64,000 nt of DNA from Hydrolagus colliei (GCA_035084275.1 CM068746.1:37262001-37326000); one strand, 5' to 3'. Counted from the first letter of the stretch, positions 23,845 to 37,028 are shown. Made by a program: numbers and translations. The notes: generated by a model from the letters alone, not told the origin.

Positions 23845-26800
23845 CTGAAAAAAAATCAAACAGCAGGTTATTAAATACACCAACCTTTCCGATAGCATGC
23901 ATCATGTTTAACCAGCTAATTATGCTTTGAGTTGCAGCATTTTGATATTGGCTACAACATTATAAATTCACTGCCTGTGTACTTATAACCTCCCACCTGT
24001 TGTCCCTTGTTCCTGATACAAAACACTTTTGTTAACATTGGCTTGTGTTCCATTTGTGTGTAGTCAAATAAAAGACATTAACTTTTGCTTTAAAAGTTTA
24101 CTTTAAAAGTGAGAATATAATACTGTGCAGTTTGTAGATCCAAGTACCTACACCTGTAATTCAGAGCCGAACTGAAATCTTAACAATAACTTGCATTATA
24201 TAGCTTGCTTCATAGTCTGTAACAAATTCTGATCCTGTACTGTATTGTCATGTAGAAGACATAGAAAAATACGGAAGACTAAGGAGAAGGTAGCCCACAT
24301 TATTAAATCTATAAACTGATAGAGCAAAACCATAAAGACTCCGAATGAATGAAGAAAGGGTTAATTACTCGAGTAGTAAAAGACTGGAATATTCCATTGA
24401 ATATTGACATGGAGCTCTTTCTAAATTTCTAAATTAAAACCCATAAGCAGAAATCCTGAAAATCTTCCTAGGAAAGGAATTGAGTTGCCCAGTATTCTGA
24501 TCTATAATCCAGAAAGTATATTTAAAAAATCAAAACAAACTTATGCTGCTGGGATCTATACTGGGACATATATTGAAGGAAATGTCTGTGATGATTCACC
24601 TATCGAAATGCCCTATACGTGGAAGCAGTTATATGGAGATAGCCAATGCTTTATCCAAGATTGACGATTTGTTGGGGTCTTCTTTGATGCTTTAGATTGA
24701 AGCCTTCTCCACATACAACTGCAATGAGGGTTGAATCAGCATTTTTGGGAGTTGTCTTTGGGAGTCACGGAGAGTTGAATTCCCTTTCAGATGTCTTTGG
24801 CATCAACTGTTATATGAGGTATGGCTCCCTTGTGGGTCTCTGGTTAGATTTAATAAATAACAGTATCAAAAATGCACTAGATGCTCAGCTCGTCTTGTGG
24901 GATGGTCAGGAGATTCAATAAGTGATGCGCAGGAGAACGACTAAATTGTGTTAAGATTACGAGAGTTAAGGCATCACAAGGGAGCGGAGACTTCAGTCAC
25001 TAGGCCTATCCTGCTAAAGTGTTTGATTCCAGACGATAAACAGAATCAGCTGAATCAGTCACGGTAAATACATTTGAAACGTAATCTTGAAAATGAATGG
25101 AGTAATTCTGCTGTACTTTTATTCGACTGACAAGTCACGGTTCTGACCATTTTCAAGAGTTATTGTTTTTGAAAGCAGGTTGAATTCGAGGGCACCACAT
25201 ACATTTAAACCAAATTGAACATTTAAGACAATGTAGGTATGATTTGAGAACTAGCATTGGCAAGAGACCAAGTCAAAGTTGACAGGAGTGATTCTGATTG
25301 GGGGTAATCAAAGAGGTTGAGCGAACAGCTACTAAAGACTGTTAAAAAAACAGCATAAGAACTTTGCAGATTTATATTACAAATGCAACTTGAATTTTTG
25401 AAATGTTGTAATGGAGAAGTCTCGTCTCTGTGAGTATCAGGGCTGTATGAGAAAGTCTGAAATGGTTTAAAAAGCTTACGAAAGACCACTGCAACCTGCT
25501 TTGGCATGGCCATGGGAGATTGACTTTTGGGAGAAATGGGAGAAAATAACTACAGCAAAAATTTGGCCAAAATTAAGCCCTTCCTATACGATGCAGAGTT
25601 GGGAAGTGACCTGAATACACAATTTCTTAGTCTCCATACATGTAGGTGATATCCTTTTCAAATGTGTAAGCTGAATAAGAAAGGAAGAACTTTAATTACT
25701 AACTTTCCTTGAAAGAAGGGAGTTTGATGGAATGGCATGGAAGGGTTCAGTGGACTGAAATAAAGAATTAATACCTCCAGTGTTAAAATTCATCTCCAAG
25801 AATCTCAACAAAAACACAACTTACAAATTTTAGTGAAAGGACAGAGAGAATGGCATTTATCTTTTTTTTATAAATGCGACAGAACACGATACTTAGCATA
25901 TCTCTTTGTGGAATGACTACCTAATGAGACTTAGCAGTAATGTCATTACAGAAAATTTGAACTAAGCTCATAATTGGGTATTATGCAAATGCAATTTCCT
26001 TTCCATCTGTTTGCAAGACAAGTCCAAGCAAACATTCAAAAGTTCTCTAGAGGCAAGGTCTGTCTGTACCTGCTATCAGCCAAACAGCCAACCAGCTTCC
26101 AATTTGCTATTTAAATCCTCTCTGTTGCAATCAGAGAACAACACAGGAACGTTAAACGAGAAACCAACCCACAAAGGCTTTAGACACAGGCAGAGCTTGG
26201 AAGAGCAAGACCAATTCATTTATTGTGGTAAGAAACAAACAGCACATATCTGCTCTGTGTGAACAAAACTAACCACTTACACAGTTGCATCTGTCACACA
26301 GGAATTAAATCAATGAAGATAAATACTTGGAAAAGTATTGTCCTGGCTAGCAACTCCCCCAAATAAAACTGGTTATTCACTTCATGGTTGTATGACTTCT
26401 CAAAGACATGATAAGATGCTATATCAAATGCAAGGATTATTATGTATTATTTATATACTGCGAAGCTCCGTACAAAATGTAATGATTAAGAAAAGGACTT
26501 TTCCATGAGCAATGTTTCCGAGTCATGAGAATATAACTTTTTTTTAACAATTAGAAACTAAGGTATATTGCGTAACACTGATTTTTCCTCAGTATCTCTA
26601 ACTATCAGTCCTGACTTGAGAACTAAATCTCCAACCTGAAGACAATTCTATGCACACATTTCTTATCTACTTAAAACCCACGTATAACACCAATCAGCAT
26701 TAGGTTTTCAGCGTTGAAGTAAAACGCATAGCCCCAAGAAACTCTAAATTATGCATTTCCGTACTGTGCATTATTGCCCAAAACACCAAATGTCTAGTTA

Positions 26801-26903
26801 GGGAAACAGGTTTTCTCTATTCCACAGTGGCTAAATGAGTTTCTAATTAGGTCGCTTGAGAGCTCTTGTTTGTGCAACAACAGCAGCAGATGCGGTGGTG
26901 TAC

Positions 26904-27016
26904 CTGGCAATAGCTCGGATGAAATCCAGAGTCACTGTACATTTGTACTTCAGTCCATCAAGCTGATCATCATGGCCAACAAGAGTTAAAAGCTGAAGTG
27001 TCACCAGGGAGGAGAT
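26904..27016 (-). CDS. ORC5: ORC5 penultimate coding exon (113 nt)
   Basis: gcacag|ATC TCC...GCC AG|GTACA encodes [37 protein letters not shown](R); phase 0/2. Confidence 0.96.
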
Positions 27017-28613
27017 CTGTGCGAATAAAAACATAGTAAGCAACATTATTCCACAACTGTGAGGAATGTTAATGGATGAACATAAACTGCCCAACTGTGC
27101 AATAAAAAGCTTTTGCAATGATTTAGAATAATTAGGACTGTAACTATCTGAATCTTGAATGTAAATAAATGCTCAACAAGCCAAAACATATCAAGTGAAT
27201 GGATATCAATGACAAGGCCTGGAAATTCCATTTGCAGAACAGTTGACAATGACTTACTTCTCTGGATAATGTTGACTGAGGAACGCAGCAACCTGTCAGC
27301 TTCGAAATAACATCACTGCTCTTTATCCCTTCAATATTAATCCTTTATTTATTGTGTTGTGCATTGTAATCAATTGCTCAAAAAAAACACATGTTTATAT
27401 TTCCTTCTAGGGCTGATTCTCTTTGGCTAAATGTGAAACAATGTGTGTTGAATAAAGACAAAATATGCTGTAAAAAACTGCTCCAGGTTCCAAGCAACTT
27501 TTAAACATTTTTCTGACACTGCAAGGTGATCAAAACTAGCTTCTTCTTACATTACTCCACCTTCTGGTTGAAAATTGGCAAAGAAATGTACTATGAGAAT
27601 GCAGTAAATCCACATTCATTAACAAGTCTAATACCTTCGAAACAAGCTACTTCTTTTTAAACCAGAAAATTAGTTTCTGAGCTATGTTACTACTAAAAGG
27701 GAGCATTTCCTGAAACACAGCCCCCTGTCAGCTTGACTTTGTTTCTTTTTGCTTCGACAAGTATCTGGCTAGTGGAAGCATATGTACAGTGGGAACTTTG
27801 AGGAAAAAGAGAATCATCTATGGTTATGGCTATTCGAATGTAAATGTGAACCAAATCAAGCGTGTCCTCATTTGATATGGCTGGTGAACTGTAAGAAGTA
27901 TTGTCTACAAAACAGGGAAAACCATGGTGATGTTTCAAACAAAACACGTTTACAAAACCTCTGTTATGAATAGAACTATTTTGTGGTAATGAAAAGTAAT
28001 GGACAGGTCTGTGTTAATTAATCCCATTTCTGATTCACACCTACGTTTTTTTCAACGACTAAAGAACAATTTCTGCACCAAAATAATATTACAACTTTAA
28101 GCAAATTCAAACATTATATATATATTTTAAAAAGATATGGAGCAATTAGCGTTTTAGGATATTGACTTATCCCAATGGCTGCTTTAATCAGCTGTGAAAT
28201 CAGATTTTTTGTGACGCTTCTTTTCCTTACTTGGGGAAGTGGAAAATCTTTAGCAGCCTTTTGTACACCAGTCATAACATGCAAGACAAAAATCACAATC
28301 CACAGAAGAAATATTCTCTTGATAATCTCACTTACTTTAGTTCATTCTGATGATGTAATGATCTTAGTATTTTTTAATTGCATTTGCAAATTGTATAACT
28401 ATTACAGAAGGGTAACTGTGCCAAGCAGGCTAGGAGTGCTCTAGGTTCTATCTCTCCTCACTGTCAAGCTAGCTGATTACAACTGGGGTGGGTGGCAGCA
28501 GATGTGCTCTGCTTGGCACCAATATTTCTGGACTAGTAAAAGGAAAACATAGCCAGTTTACAGCCCCAATCGCTGCGCAGTAACTCTTTCTGGAAAAGGT
28601 CTGGTCTATCCAT

Positions 28614-29318
28614 GGAGTCTCGTAACATAATGGTTAGCATGCTCGCCTCGCAAGCGAAGGCACCTGGATTCGATTCCCAGGCTGAGCAAAACCTTAGGCA
28701 CGTTTCCTTACTTCACACACCTCTGTCTACCTCATAGCAAGTAGGAACCTGGTTGTTAGTCAATTGACGAATCACTTTCCTGGAGGATATGATCTCTCAA
28801 AACAAAAAGTTGGGTCACTCAATCCACGACTGATTGTGGGATACTGCTGTGTCTGCCACTACTTTGGGACACTATTGTTGGCTGCCACATTTTGCCTACA
28901 AAAAACACAGTCAGTTCACTTTACACTATATTAAAAAAAAGCACAAAATACTGCAGAATCTGGAAGTCTGAAACAAAAACAGAAATCGCTGAGAACACTC
29001 AGCAAGTTAGGCAGCATCTATGGAGAAAGGAAAGTGAGTCAACATTCAAACTTCAGCAGCTGTTTGTGTACCATCCATAGTTTGCAAGAGAAAAATCTCA
29101 ATCCACAGAAGAAATATTTATTCCCTTGACAATCTCAGTTACATTAGTTCATTCGGGATGATGTAAGCAGGTTAGGCAGCAACGTTGACTCACTTTCCTT
29201 TCTCCATAGATACTGCCTGACCTGCTGAGTGTTCCCACTTTACAATATATTTTGTGAAGCTCTTTAAGATGTTTCAACAAAGCGATAAGGCACTATATCA
29301 AATGCAAGGATTATTATT
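28614..29318 (+). mobile_element. Long-variant SINE interrupted by a composite insertion
   Basis: Head at 28614, long-variant segment at ~28723-28785; the tail resumes at 29236 after the insertion at 28933-29235. Confidence 0.8.
28933..29235. mobile_element. Composite insertion with two inverted Penelope-like terminal fragments
   Basis: 28933-29047 is the reverse complement, and 29181-29235 a direct copy, of the repeat at 36890-37028; flanked by CACTTTACA(C/A)TATATT direct repeats. Confidence 0.7.
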
Positions 29319-29875
29319 GGTGCATGTTAAGGCAGGGCACCTCTACAAACTCTCCCATGACTGAATAGTCTGCCATCACTTTCTTTGTTGCATAAGATAA
29401 AGGTAAAGAAGACTTTACCTTCTCCAAAAAATGCTTGCATTTGATATGAGTCCTCATTATATCAAACACTCCCGTGACACTTCGCACAATGAGTTAGTGA
29501 CTTTGAAGCATAGTAACACAACTAATCTGAGCTAAAAATCAGACAAACGATTGATCATCTGTGTGTTTTTTTTATGCACTTGAAAAAAAGAATGCACATA
29601 CTTGCAACACAATGTGTCAAGGACGTTGAGTGAGTGGAGTCTGCGAATATTGGCAGAAGGATCGCCAGACAAATGTGTTGACAGAACTTTGAGATCAGAA
29701 GTAAAGATACTCGCAAGAGTACAACAGCATGTGTGCTCACGAGAACAGCACAGTGAGGTTCATGGGGTCTTGATGAAATTTTTTTGGGTTACAGTCAAGA
29801 CCTGGCTGATTGACTGGAAGTTGAAAATCCATTGCCCACTATCACATGATAACGAGCCAAGTTGAGTATAAAGTA

Positions 29876-30384
29876 CCGTATACCTCCGCGTATAAGGCAC
29901 ACCCACGTATAAGGCGCACCCCCCACTTTTGACCTTTTCTTGGTGAAAAAAAACGGAAGCATTTTCAATGATATTGAAAATGCAGAAGGGAGGAGAGACA
30001 GGAGAGACAGGTAGGTAGGGAGAGAGAGAGGGAGAGAGGCAGGCCGGCAGCCAGGGAGAGAGGCAGGGAGAGAGGCAGGCCGGCAGCGTGGGAGAGAAAG
30101 CGGCAGGGAGGGAGGCAGACTGAGTTCGGCAGAAGGTAAGCACAGCACTGAAGTCCGCTGCTGCTGCCGCTGCCCGGGCGGCCGAGGCCGAAGCCCCGTC
30201 ACCCGCTCCCCCCCAACCCCCGCCGGACACTGACCAAACCCTGGCTGACAGCGTGCCGGCCGCCCCCCCTGTTTACTGTATCTCCAAGGCTCAAAATCTC
30301 TTGTACCTGCATATAGGGCGCACCCCCTACTTTCGAGATCTTCCGACCTGAAAAAAAGTGCGCCTTATACGCGGAGATGTACGG
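29876..30384. mobile_element. Non-autonomous pogo/Tigger-type DNA transposon (MITE)
   Basis: TA|CCGTATACCTCCGCGTATAAGGCAC ... GTGCGCCTTATACGCGGAGATGTACGG|TA: terminal inverted repeats, TA duplication, subterminal TATAAGGCGCAC repeats. Confidence 0.9.
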
Positions 30385-30546
30385 TAATAGCTGCTGACAG
30401 AAGGTAGTTGGGGAGAGATCCAGCAGTACATACCAATAAACTCTTCCAGAGAAAGTTAACTGATCACTACCATCCTCTCTGCTTAGTCTTTGCTTCATTT
30501 AACATTAGATATTGACCTATGTTCTTCAATTATTTAACACTCCAAC

Positions 30547-31940
30547 TAGCGATATATATCGATATATCGCTAAAACCCGATATGATTTTCATATCGATAT
30601 GCCGATATAGACATTTAAAAAATATCGATATATCGAAAAAACGATATATCGAGGTAAAAAATTGGAATGCGAGCACAATCAACTACAAGACCCAGAATGC
30701 TCATCTCTATACACACTGCACAGACCGAGGTGCAAAGCCGCCATCTTGTATTCATAGTCCTCGAATACAATATACAGGTATGCAAGGGGTGGGGGGAGAG
30801 AGACGGCTGTGGGTGGGGGGGGTGAGGGGGAGAGAGACTGCTGGGGGGGGGGGGGTGAGGGGGAGAGAGACGGCTGGGGGGTGTCAGGGGGAGAGAGACG
30901 GCTGGGGGGAGGGGGAGATAGATGGCTGGGGGGGGGGAGAGGGGGAGAGAGAAGGCTGGGGGGGGAGGAGAGAGGGAGAGAGACGGCTGGGGGGAGGAGG
31001 AGAGGGGGAGAGAGACGGCTGGGGGGAGGAGGAGAGGGGGAGAGAGACGGCTGGGGGGAGGGGGAGAGAGACGGCTGGGGGGAGGGGGAGATAGGCGGCT
31101 GGGGGGAGGGGGAGATAGGCGGCTGGGGGGGGGGGAGAGGGGAGAGAGACGGCTGGGGGGGGGAGAGGGGGAGAGAGACGGCTGGGGGGGGGAGAGGGGG
31201 AGAGAGACGGCTGGGGGGGGGAGAGGGGGAGAGAGATGGCTGGGGGGGAGAGGTGGGGAGAGAGAGATGGCTGGGGGGGAGAGGGATGGCTGGGGGGGAG
31301 AGGGGGAGAGAGACGGCTGAGCTGGGGAGAGGGGGAGAGAGACGGCTGTGGGGGGAGGGAGAGAGAGACGGTGGGGGGGGGGGGGGAGGACAGGGGGAGA
31401 GAGACGGCTGGGGGAGGGGGAGAGAGACGGCTGGGGGGGGAGGGAGAGAGAGACGGCGGGGGGGGGGGGGGGGGGGGGAGGAGAGGGGGAGAGAGACGGC
31501 TGGTGGGGGAGGGAGACGGCTGGTGGGGGAGGGAGAGAGAGATGGCGGGGGGGGGGGGGGGGGGGGGGGGGGAGTGAGAAAGAGACGGCTGGGGGGGTGG
31601 TGGGGGAGAGAGACGACGGGGGTGGGGGGTGCGAGAGAGGGACGGCAGGGGGGGGGGGGGAGACGGGGTGGATGTGATAATATACAGATAGATAGAGATG
31701 GGGGGGATGTGAGAGAGGAGAGAGGGAGAGAGACATAGAGAGACACAGACAGAAAAACACAGAGATGGAGAGAGTGAGAGACACAGAGAGAGAAAGATAT
31801 TTACCTCCTGAGAAGATAGGCCCCGAATGTGCGCGCACATGCGCAGTACGAAAAAACTGAAAATATCGATATTTCGGTATATCTCGATATGAGCCAACCG
31901 ATATATCCATATCGGGAAATTCCCATATCGCCGTTCCCTA
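30547..31940. mobile_element. Non-autonomous hAT-type transposon carrying a G-rich minisatellite
   Basis: Perfect 8-bp target duplication ACTCCAAC (30539-30546, 31941-31948); right end ATATCGCCGTTCCCTA, left end TAGCGATAT (apparently shortened); CGATAT/ATATCG-rich subtermini. Confidence 0.85.
30785..31665. repeat. G-rich minisatellite, unit approx. GGGGGAGAGAGACGGCTGGGGGG(G)n
   Basis: Many degenerate tandem units read directly; source of the spurious Pro-rich and Gly-rich ORFs. Confidence 0.95.
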
Positions 31941-33722
31941 ACTCCAACTAATAAAAGCTGAAATTGATTACAACCATTTGTGTCAGCATTCAAATTATTT
32001 ATATGTCCAAGGTAAAACAACAAACAACAACAAAATTACATTTGTATAGTGCCTATTGTATAGGACGCCAGGAGGACATCCCAAGCTGCTGATAAAACCT
32101 ACACCTGCATGACTTGTATTTAGTATTTACTCTTTATTACCCTTTAAAATGGCTGTGGTCGGTCAGATCCCATCAGTAGAGTATGTGGAAGAATGAGTAG
32201 ATCTGAAGTGCATAATGAATAAACAAATTCAAAAATCCTACATTCCTAGGGATTAGCGATAGTTTTGAGGAGTTCTTGGTAAGGACTCGTTAATACCTTC
32301 TAGGCTTCAATCCAGAAAACTTCAATGCTATACAAGAAGCCAGCATTTCTGACTGCTAACAAACAAACAAATACTAAAACAACACAACACTGTGGAGCCA
32401 ATTAAACCGAACCCCCCAAAAAGATGAATGACATTTTTTTCCAATTTACTTCTTTCCTTTCACCACTCTATTCCCAATGTAGTTTCATGTATAACCTGAA
32501 GAAGACAAATTATTGTTATCTGCCATCTTCTTGATATCCTTGCCAAGAATGTGCAATTACTGCATAAATTCTTAACACTAAGTATATTCCATAATGTGCA
32601 AGCAAGGGTAAAGAGCCAATAACAAGCAACTGTCTCCCGGATAAATAGCCATGAAATTCTCTTTATAGGCTTCCAACAGTATGGAGTTCCCTCGCTTATA
32701 AACTGTATTGCTATTGTTTTAGAACTACTGGAGTTCAAACAGGAATATGCTTTACCAGTATCTACAACATGTACATGACAAATGCACTACACTGTACTTG
32801 GCCTTTTATTATAGTCCATTTTAGGTACCCCAAAGAGGTAAGTCAGTGAGCATTACAACCTGAATGTCAGTTTTACATCCAGCAGTTTCTGAGAATAGGA
32901 GAATAAATAAATCAAGATGAATATCCACAAAGGAAAAGTGACTAGGTTCTGCACAATCTGGAAACCCAACTTTGTTAGATGCAATTTAAAGTTTTTACTA
33001 TTACCACACTGTTACGCAACTGAAAGCTTATAAAATATAAAAGGGACAACGTTATTTATTCCAATGGAATACAGTTTGAGCAGGCAACTGACTCCTAAAC
33101 CAACTACTATCTACTCCGGCTTAAGTGTGCACTGTGAAGTGCATGACAGTAGCACTTGCTATCACTAATTGATCTTTCTGCCACTCAAAGAAACAAAACC
33201 CTTAAATAGCAAATGAAATATTTAAAATGTGGGAAGCAAAAATAAATTCTAAAACATGAAAGACTTCTTTTTACTACTTTTATAAAGCTAAGGGGGCAGT
33301 TCAGCATTTCGAAATCTTTCCTCTCAATATATTTTCCATTTTTGCATTAAATCATTTGTCAAGTGTACTCCTCGGGTTATCTGAATGCACTTTCCAGATG
33401 CTCTCATTCGGGCCCTTTCACTCTCATTGATAATGCCTTAGAAATGTCTAGAAAGAAAATTAAAAGAAAGGAAAGCTTATTATAAAGAGATTTTATCACA
33501 ACTATTCTCGACAATAAAAGGAATTTCCTTTGCAGGTTTTAGACCAACAGGGAAAAACATCAGGCTCCACATTGTCACAGTTATTTAGCATCCACTGTTG
33601 GATGCTACACAGCATCCAACCATGCTGTGTAGTAACTCCAAAGAGACAGAAGTTCAACAGTCATCAATAAAGCCAAGTAAACAGCCTCAATTCATGTTTA
33701 CATTCCACTATATCCTCTATGT

Positions 33723-34025
33723 GGAGTCCTGTAGTTCAGTGGATAGAGCTCTCGCATCGCCAGCGAGAGATGTGGGTTTCATTCCTGGCAGGGCGAAATC
33801 TCGGACAAGTTTCCTTACTCCATACCTGATAAAAATTCCTTAAGAAAAAAAATTGTTCACTCAATCCATGACTGTTTGTGGGACACTGCTGTGCACAATT
33901 GGCTGCCATGTTTTTTCCACAAAATACAGTCAACTCACTTTACAGTATATTCTGTAAAGTACTTTGAGATGTCTAGAAGACGTGAAAAGCCCTATATTAA
34001 ATGCAAGGGTTATTATCACTATAAT
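33723..34025 (+). mobile_element. tRNA-derived SINE, full length
   Basis: GGAGTCCTGTAGTTCAGTGGATAGAGC head, body, tail. Confidence 0.88.
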
Positions 34026-36889
34026 ACTTCAGAGTCATTCACTCACACTCTGCACATTGCCACCAATGATTACCACTCAGGATGTTCTCAATCTCAACCA
34101 TGTTATCAGGGCTAAATTAGTTGGTTGGCAAGTTTTGCACAGGCAGAAACATCTGAGCATGCTTAGGAATCTTAAGTTCCAGAGTTTGGGTTTGTCAGTT
34201 CTGGAGTGAGCAATTTTTCACTGGGGCAACAAAAAAAATCACATGAGCGTGCCCAGAAAATATAGTTCTGCATTGGTAGAAGTAAAGGCATTCACTACCT
34301 AAAGTATACCTTCTGATACTGATTATATTTAACCAGCTAAAACTGCAATGCTTATCAGCATGAGGCACTGGTAAGCCTCTCCCTGGTTATCCAGCTAGGA
34401 TCACCCTGCCCTTTATGGCATTATCAGCAGCTGAGTGATAAGAACTGTATAAATACACTCATTTATGCTCTGTAAGGTGTTCCTGCATTGGGGTTTTGCT
34501 TTTACAGAGATGAAGATCAGAGAAGGCTTTGCTCCCTTCTCAGTTTAGCAGCAACAAATTGTATTCAAAATAAAGTTAACATCCATCATGAACTGTAGAA
34601 ATTGATATGAATCAAATGCTAAAATATTGATATGAATTAACAATTGGGACACATTTGAGGTCTTCCCACACAGAGCTAGAATACCACTCAGTGTACTGTA
34701 CTCACTAAATAGTCAGGGGATGGTCACTCAAGATGGCCAGGCAATTGACAAAACAACAGCAATTCTATCAAAAATTGTGGGGGAAGATACAGCAAGATTG
34801 TCCCTCTCCCATGTTAAACATTTAAGCGAAGACATCAGGGATGGACGTCAGCGACAACCTTGCATTAATCATCAAGTGCAGAGGTTCAGGAGCACACACA
34901 TGATGTTCAAGAACTGGCAATTGAACGTAACATTTCCTTTTAAAATTGATTAAAGGATCTATTGGGAGGAATTCCGTCATGGTCTATTTAAGATTCATAT
35001 AAGATTTACTCTATGTATCATTTCAGAGTACAAGTCATCACAACAAGATCACCTTAGTTGGCTGATAAGACGAGAATGGATCCCAAAGAGGCCAAAGGTG
35101 AAAGGACTTTCCTACTCTATAACTTTTATGATTAATCTATGTCCTTAGAATTAAATTGTTTTGTTAAACCTTACACAAAAAAACACAGTTTCTGCTAGGA
35201 ATTTTAAAAGCTGAATAGTGAAATCTTGATTATCCACTGTAATAGATGGGAATCTGCAATGAATAATTAATTTCAGTGGACAATCAAGCTTGTACTTAAG
35301 TTTTTGTTGATTAATTTGTTAGAGATTCAATAGAAATAGAAATATAGAAATATTCTTGTCATATTTTTTAGGCATTTCATCGCATGTATGCACAATTCAG
35401 TTTGGAGTAACTAAGAAAAAGTGCCATACCTTATTATAACAATAAAATAATCCTTCATTTTGTTATAGCATCTTATCACATCTTCAAGACGTCTCAACAC
35501 GCTTCATAGAATATACTGTAAAGTGAATTGAATATGTATTTTGTGGGGCGATGGAGAAAGAAAGAACTGAAATGTGCTGCTCTGGACTACAGTGGCAACT
35601 GATGCTTTCCTGAATAATGTGGGCAATCAGGTTCGAAGGAGCATTGTTACAAATTTAACTCCACAATTAAATGGTGTGAGTGATTTTTTTTCACTCAAGA
35701 GGCCATCTTCTTTTCATGTTGATGTACCTCAGAATAAACAGCTTCGACAGTTTACTCTTGCATACTTAATACATTTTAATGTGACTTTGAAAGAGAAAGT
35801 TACCATTCCGTCCGCTACCCACAGAATTAAACCTGTCATCATATTGTAAAAATATCCCTTGTCACCTTGAGGCACAGTACAAACCAACGCCAGGCAAGGA
35901 TTCCACACTCACTTCCAATTTTCTTTGTCTTTGATCACATAGTTCAGAGGCACCATATGTATGGTTACTGCACAGCGCTCTGGTAACCCAGTTATTAAAG
36001 GGCTGTCTAATCATAATCCCCAACTGTACATCATTACCACATCTGCAGTTCTTTGGGAGACAACACTAATTTGGGTGGTGTTGGTGGGAAGGGCGGTGGG
36101 GGAGGGGGGAGAGGGGGGGCAGGGAGAGAGAGGGGAAAAAAAGGAGAGCTAACTTAATGCTGTGAAATTCGCAGTAAAAGTTGAAAGCAAACAGAAATAC
36201 AGAGGGAAAATATACAACTCACTTACAATTAAAATGAATATCTGTAACCTTAAATCTCAGCAGTTATGATGTTTCCAGAAATAGGCATAGATATCCATTG
36301 AAAATGTGTAATAACCATAATTAAAATAAACTTAATGTAATTCGCTTTTAAATAACCTGCACCAGTTATAGAGTTACCCACATTAGCCATTCCCAGCATT
36401 TCCCCTCTGTTTGTTGTTAGTCATATTTCCTAACATAAATTACATCATGGGAACATATAATTTTCGGGAAGTCAAAGATCACTTTTGTGAGTTTGCAGAA
36501 ACATCTGAAGCACTGATGCCTCAACCCCAGAGCTGCCAACCTTTTTTAACAAAAAAAAGTACTCCTGAAAGCTAAAAACAGTGTTTTGTAGTAAAAAAAA
36601 ATATTTTCCCCAGAACCTACCGGTACTTAACGAAAAAATGACAGCGCGAAAAGACGCCAAGTCAAAACTCCTCATTAAGCAAAAATTGCGTTAAGCGGGA
36701 GGTCCCTACTGTCCGTATATGAAAAAAATTGTTCCCAGTAATGCCTTGCGCCTAGCGCTAACATTTACAGTGTACCAGCAACGGCATAAGGTAGGTAGCA
36801 CTGGTATTGAAGGCAGGGAGAGAGAGTTAAAGAGAAAGAGACTGAGACAAAGAGAGACAGAGAGACTGTGAGTGAGATTGTGACAGCCA

Positions 36890-37028
36890 GGTTCTGACGA
36901 AGGGTTGTAAACCCGAAACGTTGACTCTTTTTCCTTTCTCCACGGATGCTGCCTGACCTGCTGAGTTTCCCCAGCAACTTTTGTTTTTGTTTCAGATTCC
37001 CAGCCTCTGTAGTATTTTGTGTTTTTTT
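36890..37028 (+). mobile_element. Penelope-like element terminal fragment
   Basis: TTCTGACGAAGGG...CCCGAAACGTTGACT...GATGCTGCCTGACCTGCTGAGT...CAGATTCCCAGC...TTTTT; repeated at 28933-29235. Family assignment is from recall of chondrichthyan Penelope-like termini. Confidence 0.65.

Noticed and set aside
30519-32023. Long Pro-rich and Gly-rich ORFs (up to 431 aa) on both strands
   Set aside because: Translations of a G-rich minisatellite inside a hAT element; open in many frames because the repeat lacks stop codons.
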